Shown: positions 27,558 to 37,195 of the stretch, piece by piece | Layout of the letters: each line of letters starts with the position of its first letter | Numbering within the stretch: the first letter of the stretch is position 1 | Source: an uncultured Myxococcales bacterium | GTDB taxonomy: Bacteria; Myxococcota_A; UBA9042; CAIXZC01 | Reading direction: 5' to 3' | Assembly: GCA_964593355.1 (NCBI GenBank) | Contig: CAZQHM010000014.1 | Span: forward strand, 1,269 to 65,268 | Length of the DNA: 64,000 bases | Notes under the pieces: generated by a model | What the model was told of the DNA's origin: nothing | Database searches by the model: none | What the model saw: the letters and a program-made list of their open reading frames with translations, nothing else | Translations under genes and position numbers: made by a program

Positions 27558-29654
27558 GTGATCGAGAGGATCAAGAAACGTGATGGACGTATCGACCGAT
27601 TCCACTCACAGAAGATCACCACTGCAATCTTCAAGGCAGCTACCGCTTGTGGAGGCAGCGATTTCGGCAAGGCCGAGCAGCTATCGGAGCAGGTAATCTC
27701 CATCATCAACGGGAGATTCCCTGAACCCGATGCCGTCCCCGAGGTAGAACAGGTCCAGGACATCATCGAGAAGGTCCTCATCGAGAATGGCCATGCCCAG
27801 ACAGCCAAGGCCTACATCCTCTACAGGGAGAAACGCAAGAGCGCCCGGGAGAGCAGCGCACTCATCCACGCAACCATCGAGATGTTCAACGATTACCTCA
27901 AGGACCGCGACTGGCAAGCACGGGAAAACGCCAACACTCAGAAGAGCATTAACGGCCTCAATAACTACGTCCGTGAAGCCTTCACCAAAGGCTACTGGCT
28001 CAATGAGGTGCTGCCTAATCAAGTGGCAAAGGCCTACGCCGAGGGCGAAATCCATATCCACGACCTTGGTTTCCTTGGCCCCTACTGCGCCGGCTGGGAC
28101 CTGGCCCAACTGCTCATGGACGGCTTCGGTGGAGTCCCCGGAAAGGTAGAGAGCCGACCCGCTCGCCACTTGCGCTCCTTCCTGGGCCAAGTCGTCAATT
28201 CAACCTTCACCACCCAAGGTGAGTGCGCCGGCGCTCAGGCATGGTCATCCATTGACACCTACTGCGCCCCCTTCATCCGCTATGACGGCCTTACCTACAA
28301 AGAGGTCCGCCAACTGGTGCAGGAGTTCATCTTCAACATCAACGTCCCCACCAGAGTCGGCTTCCAGTGCCCATTCTCTAATCTTACCTTTGACCTTACG
28401 GTCCCCAAGACACTTGCCGATAGCAATGTTATTATCGGCGGCACATACATGCCTGAAACCTATAAGGAGTTCCAGGCGGAAATGGATGTGTTTAATAGGG
28501 CGTTCTGTGAAGTAATGATGGAAGGCGATGCCAAAGGTCGGGTCTTCACCTTTCCAATCCCGACCATAAACGTTACCAAAGAGTTCGACTGGGATAGCCC
28601 CTCGGTCAACGCCTTCATGGCCATCACTGCCAAGTACGGCATCCCCTACTTCGCCAACTACATCAACTCCGACCTCTCCCCCGAGGACGCAGTCTCCATG
28701 TGCTGCCGTCTCATGCTCGATACCACCGAGCTCCGGAAGCGTGGCGGAGGTCTCTTCGGAAGTAATCCGCTCACGGGCTCCATAGGCGTTGTAACAATTA
28801 ACCTGCCCCGCCTGGGCTACCTGTCGAAATCCGTAAGGGAGTTCAAGAATCGCCTGTGGCACCTCTGTCATGTGGCCAAGAGTGCCCTTGAAACCAAGCG
28901 GAAGGTCATCGAGCAGCAGACCGAAAATGGCCTCTATCCCTTCTCGGCACACTACCTGCGCCTGGTGAAAGAGCGTCACAAAGAGTATTGGGCCAACCAC
29001 TTCAACACCATCGGCATCGTGGGAATGAACGAGGCAGCGCTTAACCTTATCGGCAAAGACCTCACCACCACCGAGGGCGTCGAGTTTGGCATCGACCTCA
29101 TGGAATACCTGAGAGAGGTCATCAGGGACATCCAGGAGGAGACCGGCCACTACTATAACCTTGAGGCAACCCCCGCCGAGGGGGCCAGCCACAGGTTGGC
29201 AAGATTGGACAAGGACCGCTACCCGGATATCATCACGGCAGGAGATGAGGTCCCCTACTACACCAACTCCTCGCAGCCCCCCGTGGGGTTCAGCGACGAT
29301 ATCTTCGAGGTGTTGGACCTGCAGGACGGCCTCCAGAAGCTCTACACAGGGGGAACGGTCATGCACCTTTACCTTGGTGAGCCCATCGAGCACCCCGAAG
29401 ATGCCAAACGCCTCATCCGCACCGTCCTGACCCGCTACAAGCTGCCTTACATCTCACTGACTCCAACCTTCAGCGTCTGCCCAACTCACCACTACATCGC
29501 CGGGGAGCACTTCTCCTGCCCGCACTGCTCATCCAAGACCGAGGTGTGGTCAAGGGTCACAGGCTACCTTCGCCCTGTCAGCAACTTCCATAAGGGCAAG
29601 CAGCAAGAGTACACCGACCGCAGGAAGTTCAAGTTCCCGGAGTTGGCCCAATGA
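27558..29654 (+). CDS. nrdD: Anaerobic (class III) ribonucleoside-triphosphate reductase with N-terminal ATP cone
   Basis: ATP cone IKKRDGR...AKAYILYR, IHIHDL, SMCCRL finger loop, YNLEATPAEG, Zn site CPTH...CPHC, glycyl-radical RVTGYL. GTG start after GGAGG. Confidence 0.96.
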   Translation: MIERIKKRDGRIDRFHSQKITTAIFKAATACGGSDFGKAEQLSEQVISIINGRFPEPDAVPEVEQVQDIIEKVLIENGHAQTAKAYILYREKRKSARESSALIHATIEMFNDYLKDRDWQARENANTQKSINGLNNYVREAFTKGYWLNEVLPNQVAKAYAEGEIHIHDLGFLGPYCAGWDLAQLLMDGFGGVPGKVESRPARHLRSFLGQVVNSTFTTQGECAGAQAWSSIDTYCAPFIRYDGLTYKEVRQLVQEFIFNINVPTRVGFQCPFSNLTFDLTVPKTLADSNVIIGGTYMPETYKEFQAEMDVFNRAFCEVMMEGDAKGRVFTFPIPTINVTKEFDWDSPSVNAFMAITAKYGIPYFANYINSDLSPEDAVSMCCRLMLDTTELRKRGGGLFGSNPLTGSIGVVTINLPRLGYLSKSVREFKNRLWHLCHVAKSALETKRKVIEQQTENGLYPFSAHYLRLVKERHKEYWANHFNTIGIVGMNEAALNLIGKDLTTTEGVEFGIDLMEYLREVIRDIQEETGHYYNLEATPAEGASHRLARLDKDRYPDIITAGDEVPYYTNSSQPPVGFSDDIFEVLDLQDGLQKLYTGGTVMHLYLGEPIEHPEDAKRLIRTVLTRYKLPYISLTPTFSVCPTHHYIAGEHFSCPHCSSKTEVWSRVTGYLRPVSNFHKGKQQEYTDRRKFKFPELAQ

Positions 29655-30355
29655 AGATAGCCGGCCTCCAACCCTGCACCCTCCAGGATTTCCCCGGCCA
29701 CATCGCCGCCGTGGTCTTCACGCCGGGCTGCAACATGAACTGCCACTACTGCCACAACCCGGCACTGCTCAAGGCCGACGCTGGCCAGGGCCCCCACGAT
29801 GCCGACTCTATCCTTCGATGGCTCCACCGCCGTCAAGGCAAACTCACCGGCCTGGTCATCTCCGGCGGCGAACCCACTCTCCAGCAGGGACTGGAGGAGT
29901 TTATCGTTCACGTGCGCGACACGGGCATGGCAGTCAAACTGGATACCAACGGCACCCGTCCCAAGGTGCTGGCCTCCCTCATCGACAAAGGACTTCTTGA
30001 CTACGTCGCCATGGACCTCAAGGCCCCCCAGGACCGCTACAAAGACGTCTGTGGTGTTGAGGTCAATGGAGAGGACGTTGAAGAGAGCGCCAGGCTGCTG
30101 CTTGAAGATCGTGTGCCGTATGAGTTCCGGACAACCTTCTCGCCGCTGCTGAGCCCCGAAGATGTGCTGCGCATGGCCAGCTCCATTCAAGGCGCCAACC
30201 GGTGGGTCCTGCAGCAGTATCGGCCCGGCAACGGCTCCAGCGCAGTGGTGAACCGCTCAATCCCCGAGGCCCCCCACACCGGTCTCGTCATCCGTCAGAC
30301 CCAACAGCTTGCTGCTTCCCACTACCATATCGGAGTGCAGGTTCGGGGCCTCTGA
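29651..30355 (+). CDS. nrdG: Anaerobic RNR activating enzyme (radical SAM)
   Basis: GCNMNCHYCHNP CxxxCxxC motif, SGGEPT, KLDTNG, YEFRTT; ATGA overlap with nrdD. Confidence 0.93.
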   Translation: MKIAGLQPCTLQDFPGHIAAVVFTPGCNMNCHYCHNPALLKADAGQGPHDADSILRWLHRRQGKLTGLVISGGEPTLQQGLEEFIVHVRDTGMAVKLDTNGTRPKVLASLIDKGLLDYVAMDLKAPQDRYKDVCGVEVNGEDVEESARLLLEDRVPYEFRTTFSPLLSPEDVLRMASSIQGANRWVLQQYRPGNGSSAVVNRSIPEAPHTGLVIRQTQQLAASHYHIGVQVRGL

Positions 30356-30435
30356 TTCTCTGTCGGTTTTTTAGAACCCCTCCAGAACAGGTGCGTAGAG
30401 CGCCGCCCGCTTCTGTACCCAAATGGAGGAAAACC

Positions 30436-33228
30436 ATGAGTACCCTATCCATCAGGATCGCCTTGTTTGCTGCCTTGGCAGTCGCTTGTCAACCATCGGA
30501 AGTGCCGGCCAAGGCGGGGATTGATGCCTCGTCCGCCGCTGGTGCGGCCCAAAACCAGGGGGCGATTCCGGCCCCGCCACCTGCCACAGACCAGCACGCC
30601 GCCACCGCCGACACCAACAACCTCGCAGCCAGTCAGAAACTGGCCTCCCCAAACACACAAGAGAACACCACCCTGGCCGCCAATGAGGCGTCGTCCAGCG
30701 GCACAACGGCAGAGGCCGGCAGCGAACGCTCGGAACGCAGCGGCGCCGAGCCATCAAGCAGAGCAGCAAAAGACGATGTGATCTTTGAGAGGGTCAAAGG
30801 CTTCGGCTGCCCCGAAGTGCCCAACCCCGACATCATCACAGAGGGCCAAATGCGGCTGGAGGACTCCGATGGACGCATCCTCGCCCTCCCCCTGGCCCAC
30901 ACGGCCGTTGAAGCCGACGTCAGCGGCTTCCTTGCCCAAGTCTGGGTGACCCAGTACTTCACAAACCCCTTCAACCACCCCATCGAAGCCGTCTACACCT
31001 TCCCACTGCCAAGAATGGCAGCGGTGGACGATATGGAGATGCTTATCGGGGAGAGGGTCATAAAGGGACAGATCAAGAAGAAGGAAGAGGCCCGACAGAT
31101 TTACGACGATGCAAAAAGGGCCGGAAAGACCGCAAGCCTTCTTGACCAGCAGCGCCCCAACATCTTCACACAGTCCGTGGCCAACATCATGCCCGGCGAC
31201 CGCATCAAGGTCAGAATCCGTTACGTGGAAGACCTCAAGTACGAAGATGGCCGCTTCGAATACTCCTTCCCCATGGTCGTGGGCCCCAGATTCATCCCCG
31301 GAAACTCCGCCGGACGCACAGGCACCGGCTGGTCCAACGATACCGACCGAGTCCCCGATGCCTCCAAAATCACCCCACCAGTGCTCAAGCCCGGCCAGCG
31401 CAGCGGCCACGACATCGAAGTCACCCTGACCATCGACGCCGGCAACAAGATTGCCAGCCTCGACAGCCCCTCTCACGAGTTGAAGCGCAGCGTTGACTCC
31501 TCGGGCAAAACTGTAATCACTCTGGCACCTTTCGACACCATTCCTAATAAGGATCTTATCGTCCGCTACCGAACCGAGGGCGAGAGCATCAAGTTGGCTA
31601 CCCTCATGCACAAGGTCGACTCTGACGGCCACTTCATGCTGATGTTTGAGCCCCCCTCTGCCCCCAAGGCCGAGGAGATGTATCCCCGTGAACTGGTCTT
31701 CGTCTTCGACTGCTCTGGCTCCATGTACGGCTCCCCCCTCGCTGCCTCGAAGAACGCTGTGAAGAAGGCCATGAAGGCCATGAGGCCCACGGACTCTTTC
31801 CAACTAATTCAGTTCAGTGATGCGGCCCGAGGCTTTGCCGCCCGCCCGGTTCCTAACACCCCCGAGAACCTCAAGAGGGGGCTCCAGTGGGTCGACGAAC
31901 TCCGAGAAGGCGGCGGTACCCAGATGATCGAAGGTATCAAGGCCTCCCTGGATTACCCCGTTGACGCAGGCAAGATCCGCATCGTCGCCTTCCTCACCGA
32001 CGGCTTCATCGGAAACGACGACGAGATCCTGGCCGCTATCGACCGAAAAATCGGTAACTCAAGACTCTTCTCCTTCGGAATCGGCTCCTCTGTGAACCGC
32101 TACCTGCTGGACAAGATGGCCGAGGTGGGGAGAGGCAACGTCACTTACATCCGCCAGGACGAGAGCCCCGATCAGATGGTGGACCGATTCTTCAAGCAGA
32201 TAGACTCCCCGGTGCTGGTTGACATCAACCTGGAGACCACCGGCAACGTCAAGACCAAGGAACTCTTCCCCACCAGAATTCCCGACCTTTTCGCCGGTCA
32301 GCCGCTGCTGGTCCACGGTAAGTACGAAGGAAGTGGTGCTGCCACATTCGTTGTCACTGGTAAGCAAGGTGATAAGGATTTCAGGAGAGAGATCAATGTC
32401 ACCTTCCCGAGCTCACAGCCCGAGAACAGCGTTCTGGCCACCCTCTGGGCAAGGACCCGCATCGAGTATCTCATGACCAAGCTTCTTAGACATCACGATA
32501 ATGACATTGTTGCTGAAGTAACTGAATTGGCTATTAAGTACAGACTTATGAGCCAGTACACCTCCTTCGTGGCCGTTGAAGAGAGTGTCCGCAACAAGGA
32601 CGGGCGCATCGAGACCGTGACGCAGCCCGTGGAGATGCCCGAAGGCGTGGCCTACGAGGGAGTGTTCGGCGGTGCAAACCAGCCGGCGGCCCGCGTTCGC
32701 ACCGGCGGCAGGCCTGGAATGGGGTATGGCGGCGGCGGCCGTGGGATGATGAAGGCCAAGAGAGAGGAGCTGGCGGACTATGCGGCCTCACCGGCAGAGG
32801 TTGTGGTCACCGAGGCCGAGCCCACCTCGTCATCGGACCGTGACGACGAGAAGGAAGAGAGCAAGGTAGTCAAGAAGGGCCAGGGGCCGGTCAAGCTGAC
32901 AGTGCAACTGGACGGCACCCTGGTGCTGAGCGGGTCGGTAGAAGAGTCCTCAGTGGACAAGCTGGCCAAGGGGCACCTCTCTGCCTGGAGGTCACTGCTG
33001 CAGCGCCTTCTGGCCGGTGAGGCGCACGGGAGCTACCTTGTGAACATCACCTTCCTGGTGGATGAGAAGGGCAAGGTCACCCTTGCCGAAGTCTCCCTGG
33101 ACAGGGTTGCCCCGTCGGTCAGGGAAGCTGTCAAGAGGGAACTCTCCACCCTGGCCTACAAGGCGATGCCCGCTTCCAGGGCCGGGAAGTTCAAGGTCCG
33201 CCTGGCCGTAACGGTCTCGGCTCAGTAG
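30436..33228 (+). CDS. VIT and vWA domain lipoprotein (inter-alpha-trypsin inhibitor heavy chain-like)
   Basis: GGAGG RBS and ATG at 30436; lipobox AVAC; VIT motifs (IEAVYTFPLP, NIFTQSVANI); MIDAS DCSGSM, GGT, LTDG. Confidence 0.88.
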   Translation: MSTLSIRIALFAALAVACQPSEVPAKAGIDASSAAGAAQNQGAIPAPPPATDQHAATADTNNLAASQKLASPNTQENTTLAANEASSSGTTAEAGSERSERSGAEPSSRAAKDDVIFERVKGFGCPEVPNPDIITEGQMRLEDSDGRILALPLAHTAVEADVSGFLAQVWVTQYFTNPFNHPIEAVYTFPLPRMAAVDDMEMLIGERVIKGQIKKKEEARQIYDDAKRAGKTASLLDQQRPNIFTQSVANIMPGDRIKVRIRYVEDLKYEDGRFEYSFPMVVGPRFIPGNSAGRTGTGWSNDTDRVPDASKITPPVLKPGQRSGHDIEVTLTIDAGNKIASLDSPSHELKRSVDSSGKTVITLAPFDTIPNKDLIVRYRTEGESIKLATLMHKVDSDGHFMLMFEPPSAPKAEEMYPRELVFVFDCSGSMYGSPLAASKNAVKKAMKAMRPTDSFQLIQFSDAARGFAARPVPNTPENLKRGLQWVDELREGGGTQMIEGIKASLDYPVDAGKIRIVAFLTDGFIGNDDEILAAIDRKIGNSRLFSFGIGSSVNRYLLDKMAEVGRGNVTYIRQDESPDQMVDRFFKQIDSPVLVDINLETTGNVKTKELFPTRIPDLFAGQPLLVHGKYEGSGAATFVVTGKQGDKDFRREINVTFPSSQPENSVLATLWARTRIEYLMTKLLRHHDNDIVAEVTELAIKYRLMSQYTSFVAVEESVRNKDGRIETVTQPVEMPEGVAYEGVFGGANQPAARVRTGGRPGMGYGGGGRGMMKAKREELADYAASPAEVVVTEAEPTSSSDRDDEKEESKVVKKGQGPVKLTVQLDGTLVLSGSVEESSVDKLAKGHLSAWRSLLQRLLAGEAHGSYLVNITFLVDEKGKVTLAEVSLDRVAPSVREAVKRELSTLAYKAMPASRAGKFKVRLAVTVSAQ

Positions 33229-33293
33229 GTCGCCCCCCCTGTTGCCCCGCCCCGTGGCCACCCACCTGGCCTTCCCGCAACCCAAATCCGCTG

Positions 33294-33869
33294 TCAGTCG
33301 CTGGGTAGCCCCTCAGGCAAGTCGAAGCTCACTTGAGAACCACTGGACACCTTGTGTTTGGCACAATACCCCCCTGGAACCTCAAGCACATATAGGGACG
33401 GCACGCCTACCGATCGACTGGTTTCGTCTCTGGGCGTTGCGTTATGAATAATTCCTACCACCTTCTTGCTTGCGGATATGAAAATCATATCAAGTGGAAT
33501 CAGGGTGTTTTGCATCCAGAAGGGGTGCTCCGCCTCTTCCTGGAAGATGAAGAGCATACCTTTGCCCTCGGGCAGGATGGTTCGGTACTTGAGGCCGCGG
33601 CTGCGGTCTTCCTGCTTCACTACCACCTCGGCTTGAACCAGCAGAGGGGCACCTGCGTCGTCGGTGAGGGTCACCTGGGTGACGGGGTGTCTTGGCCGGT
33701 ACTTTGATGGGTCGCTCTCCTCGGCAGAGCCCGAGCCCGTGCGGCACGCAACCAGCAGGGCCAATGCTGCCAGGGAAATAACTCTCCGGAGGGCACGAAC
33801 AGGGGCCCGTGGGCAGGCTACGGCCGCAGAAATTGTCTGAGCGTTAGAAGCAGGAGATGGATTCGTCAT
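33294..33869 (-). CDS. DUF192 family protein
   Basis: RSRGLKYR..LPEGKGMLFIF, FWMQNTLIPLDMIFI, YVLEVPGG. The track ORF's upstream part overlaps another gene; start estimated at 33869. Confidence 0.8.
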   Translation of the reverse strand: MTNPSPASNAQTISAAVACPRAPVRALRRVISLAALALLVACRTGSGSAEESDPSKYRPRHPVTQVTLTDDAGAPLLVQAEVVVKQEDRSRGLKYRTILPEGKGMLFIFQEEAEHPFWMQNTLIPLDMIFISASKKVVGIIHNATPRDETSRSVGVPSLYVLEVPGGYCAKHKVSSGSQVSFDLPEGLPSD

Positions 33870-35784
33870 CAGAGAGAACCTCCAAGAAATCGTGGTCGTC
33901 AGGGGGGAGCACTCGCAGCAGGTATTCCATGCTGGGGGGGCCGAAAAACTCGGGGCCGTGGCCGTCAAGCTCGGCCCGTTCGAGGAAGGGGCGGGCCTTT
34001 CCTGCATCCATGAGCCATCCAGGGTTATCGCCGGAGTTGTGGTACTCTGCGGGCCGCTCGGGGACGTAGGCCAGCCCCAGGCTGTGCCCGATTTCGTGGG
34101 CCAGGGTTCCGCCAAGCAGGTTGCTGAGAACGCGAATCGCTTCCCACAGCTCATCCCCCTCAACCAACTCAGCCACTTGCTCTTCTGTAGCCGGGAGGCC
34201 GCCGAGGGGGGGGGCAAAGGGGCCGAAGATATCGTCGAACCTATCGGAGGCCAGGGCTTCGGTGCCATTGGCGAGGGTTGGACTGAATCCCATGAACGAG
34301 TTGATGAAGATGCCACCGTAGGCATAGTAGCCCCGCTCCCTGGTCTCGGCGTTCTTGCCACCGATTACGTCGTCGAAGCGCAGATTGCCGTCGTCCTTGC
34401 CAACGGTGTTGTCAAGGCCCAGCAGCCCCTTGCCGTTTGGATCTTCGCCGGCCATCTCGATGACCGAGTACTCGGCGAAGGCCGTGGGACGCTGGGTTAC
34501 GAAGCGTAGGTTGACCCCATCGTAGAAGCCCTGGGCCTTCTCTACCAGGCGCTGCTTGACCAAATGCCTGGCTTCCCAGAGACCGAACTGCTGGAACCCC
34601 ATGTCGAAGCTCTCCAAGAACTTCAGGTAGACCACCTGCAATGGGCGGGCAACGGTCAGCTCAACAGGAAAGGGCACTCCTCGCTGCTCCTGGTCGCCGA
34701 AGTAGACCACAGGGGTGGCCACGCCTCGAAACTGCCCCGGCTCCCTCCCCAGTTCTCCGCCCTCGGCCCCGCCTCCTGCCCTCAGGACCATTCGCATGAG
34801 GGAGGGGCATCGTGACTCTTCAGGGAAGAGCAAGAGGGAGTTCCTTCCGGCCATGTTTCTTCGGCCTCCGGCGAGGTCTGTGAACTCTCCTTCAAGCTCC
34901 AGCAGGGTGACAGCTCCGCTCTTGCTGCCTGGGGGCAGAAAGCCCCCTCCACGAACGTAGAGGTATTGGCCGCGGCGCACCACTTCGGGGAAGAGCTCTT
35001 GGATGAACGGGGGCGTGAGTTGCAATGACGTTGTGAGAGGCTCCGATGTGGTCTCCGGCAGGTTCTCAAGGTGTGGCCTGTTCACCAACTGTACGGTGCC
35101 CGAAAAACGGCCTGAGAGCACGGAGAAGAGCTCGGCGGGCACCTCGGCGGAAGCCAGGGTGCGGTCCACGGCGGTAAGTTCGAGTTCGTACGAAACCTCT
35201 AGTGGGGCCGCAGCAGGGTTATCGGGCTGGAAGCTGCCAGCAAAGAGGAGAGTGAGGGCCCCTTCTGAGGGGAGCAGGAGGCTGTGGCCGTGAACAAGGA
35301 TCTGTTCTCCCAGGGAGAAACTGGTCGGCGAGATCTGATGGAGGATGGGGTTCAGGGTCAACTGGGCGGTCAGGGTGAAACTGAGCCGGGTTTTGGTGCG
35401 ATGGCCGCTCTGGGTTAGCAGGGCCTCGGCCACGGCTACGCAGGATGCTCCGTTGGGGGCTTTCTGGATGGCCTCAATGAAGCGCAGGGGGAGGGCAAGC
35501 TCTGCCGTGCGCTGGTCTAGGACAACGGCTTCTCCGGAGTGGCTTGCCGAGCCTCCGGGCCACGTGGCGCTCAGTCGTATTCTTAGCGAGCCCACATCCT
35601 TGGTGGGGAATCCGTCGCCGTAGAAGATCAGGTTGGTGCCGGGGACAACGGTGCTGGGCGTCACCATCTCCAGGAGCAGATTCTGGGACCCATCCCCGTC
35701 AGCGGAAGAGCCGCAGCCGTGCGAGGCAACCACCAGTGCTGCCAAAGCGACCATGCCCAAACTCTTGCCCGGTGCCAACCCCAT
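33844..35784 (-). CDS. Lipoprotein with Ig/IPT-like repeats and C-terminal zinc-metallopeptidase-like domain
   Basis: Lipobox SHGC; repeated P....G..L...G.GF segments; AHEIGHSLGL (HEXXH), downstream YHN and WLMD. Confidence 0.7.
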   Translation of the reverse strand: MGLAPGKSLGMVALAALVVASHGCGSSADGDGSQNLLLEMVTPSTVVPGTNLIFYGDGFPTKDVGSLRIRLSATWPGGSASHSGEAVVLDQRTAELALPLRFIEAIQKAPNGASCVAVAEALLTQSGHRTKTRLSFTLTAQLTLNPILHQISPTSFSLGEQILVHGHSLLLPSEGALTLLFAGSFQPDNPAAAPLEVSYELELTAVDRTLASAEVPAELFSVLSGRFSGTVQLVNRPHLENLPETTSEPLTTSLQLTPPFIQELFPEVVRRGQYLYVRGGGFLPPGSKSGAVTLLELEGEFTDLAGGRRNMAGRNSLLLFPEESRCPSLMRMVLRAGGGAEGGELGREPGQFRGVATPVVYFGDQEQRGVPFPVELTVARPLQVVYLKFLESFDMGFQQFGLWEARHLVKQRLVEKAQGFYDGVNLRFVTQRPTAFAEYSVIEMAGEDPNGKGLLGLDNTVGKDDGNLRFDDVIGGKNAETRERGYYAYGGIFINSFMGFSPTLANGTEALASDRFDDIFGPFAPPLGGLPATEEQVAELVEGDELWEAIRVLSNLLGGTLAHEIGHSLGLAYVPERPAEYHNSGDNPGWLMDAGKARPFLERAELDGHGPEFFGPPSMEYLLRVLPPDDHDFLEVLSDDESISCF

Positions 35785-35869
35785 GGTTTTGAACTCCAGA
35801 AGAGGACGAGAGGCGATTCTACAGACCAGCTGGAGGGTTGGGAAGTGCGGTTAAGATTTCGGGGCGTTG

Positions 35870-37195
35870 TCAGATCAATATTGCTGGGTCGCTTTGGGCG
35901 GCGAAGCTCAGGTTCTTCTCTCGTGTAGATTGGGAGCGAATCTGTTGGATGGCCTGTTCCAGGGCCTCGAAGGGGAAGGGGGCCCGGCTTTTCAGGTAGG
36001 CAGCGATTGCCACGGTCACGAGGAACTCTTTAGGAACTCTGCCCGGGAAGCGTTGGAGATCCAGGGTCAGCGTCGGAGCGGCGGACTGGAGCGGCGGCAG
36101 GTCGGCCAGTAGGATAATGAGTTGGTCGGGCTCCATGGTCGCTGCCAGCTTCCGAGCCTTCTTGTGCCCCTCCTCGGAGAGAACTATGAGGACGTCAGGC
36201 GACGAGAGTCCCATGTAGCCGATGGGGTCTGGGGAGACTTTGAGGTAGGAGACCGAGTGGCCTGTCTGGACGGTCACAGGGTAGTCGTCGCTCTGGACGG
36301 CATAGAGTCCCGAGAGGATTGCGGCTCGTCCAAGGGTAGTGGCGAAGGACTTGATTTTCATGCCAGCGGAGCCGGCGACAACGATATCGAAGGGTGCCTT
36401 GATATTTGAGGAGAAGGTGTGTTCCAGGCCCTCCTCGGGTTTGGCCTCCATGTGTTGGACCTTGTCCCGATACTCGGCCAGGGCCCGGGTGTATTCGGTG
36501 CGGTTCTCCACGATGCGAGTCATTCTGGGCACTTCGGAATCAAGCAGCTCTTCGATCTGCTTCTTGCCGAACTTGTTCCAGGGCGAGAAGTATGCGGTGC
36601 AGAGTTCCAGCACCTCAACGAAGGCCAAGCCGTCGAAGGCGATGGCTTGGGCGAGGGTCTCCACCAAGTCTTCATCAAAGAAGCCGCGTCGTGCCACGAA
36701 GGGGGCGCCATTGAGGGCCAGGGTTTCGCAGAGCATGAGTGGGTGTTCGAAGTGGCCGCCGGGGGTAGTGGAGGTGACGGTGCCTTCGGGGGTAGCAATG
36801 GAGTGCTCGCCGCCGGTCATGCCAAAGTTGAAGTTGTTCATGAGCAGGACGGTCACGCCGATGTTACGTTTCGCAAGGTTCAGGAGGTGATGCCCGCCGA
36901 TACCTGCGCCGCCGTCACCCATGACCACGATGACGTGGAGGGATGGGTCAGAGAGCTTGATACCTTCTGCATAGGTCATGCTTCGCCCGTGAAGGCCGTG
37001 AAATGCGTGGGTATTGAACCACTGGTCCGAGAGGCCGCTGCAGCCAATGTCCGTTACAATAACTGTCTTGGCCGGGTCCAGCGCCAGCTTCACCATTGCT
37101 GCGTCCAGGTCATGGAGCAGCTTGCTGTGCGAGCAGCCTGGGCAGAAGGGTAGGGGGAGGCGCTTCTGGTCCATGTAGGTTGTGGGGCTGTTCAT
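35870..37195 (-). CDS. 2-oxoacid:ferredoxin oxidoreductase beta (TPP-binding) subunit fused to a gamma-type domain
   Basis: FCPGCSH, DIGCS, LHGRS, GDGG...NNFNFGMTGG; C-terminal IVVAGSAGMKIKS...PDVLIVLS gamma-like domain. Confidence 0.9.
   Translation of the reverse strand: MNSPTTYMDQKRLPLPFCPGCSHSKLLHDLDAAMVKLALDPAKTVIVTDIGCSGLSDQWFNTHAFHGLHGRSMTYAEGIKLSDPSLHVIVVMGDGGAGIGGHHLLNLAKRNIGVTVLLMNNFNFGMTGGEHSIATPEGTVTSTTPGGHFEHPLMLCETLALNGAPFVARRGFFDEDLVETLAQAIAFDGLAFVEVLELCTAYFSPWNKFGKKQIEELLDSEVPRMTRIVENRTEYTRALAEYRDKVQHMEAKPEEGLEHTFSSNIKAPFDIVVAGSAGMKIKSFATTLGRAAILSGLYAVQSDDYPVTVQTGHSVSYLKVSPDPIGYMGLSSPDVLIVLSEEGHKKARKLAATMEPDQLIILLADLPPLQSAAPTLTLDLQRFPGRVPKEFLVTVAIAAYLKSRAPFPFEALEQAIQQIRSQSTREKNLSFAAQSDPAILI

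Noticed and set aside
30202-30435. N-terminal extensions given by the ORF track (also gatD, gatE, ABC ATPase, barrel 12562, GH31)
   Set aside because: They overlap neighbouring genes or precede a clear RBS, signal peptide or coupled start, so the starts were trimmed.
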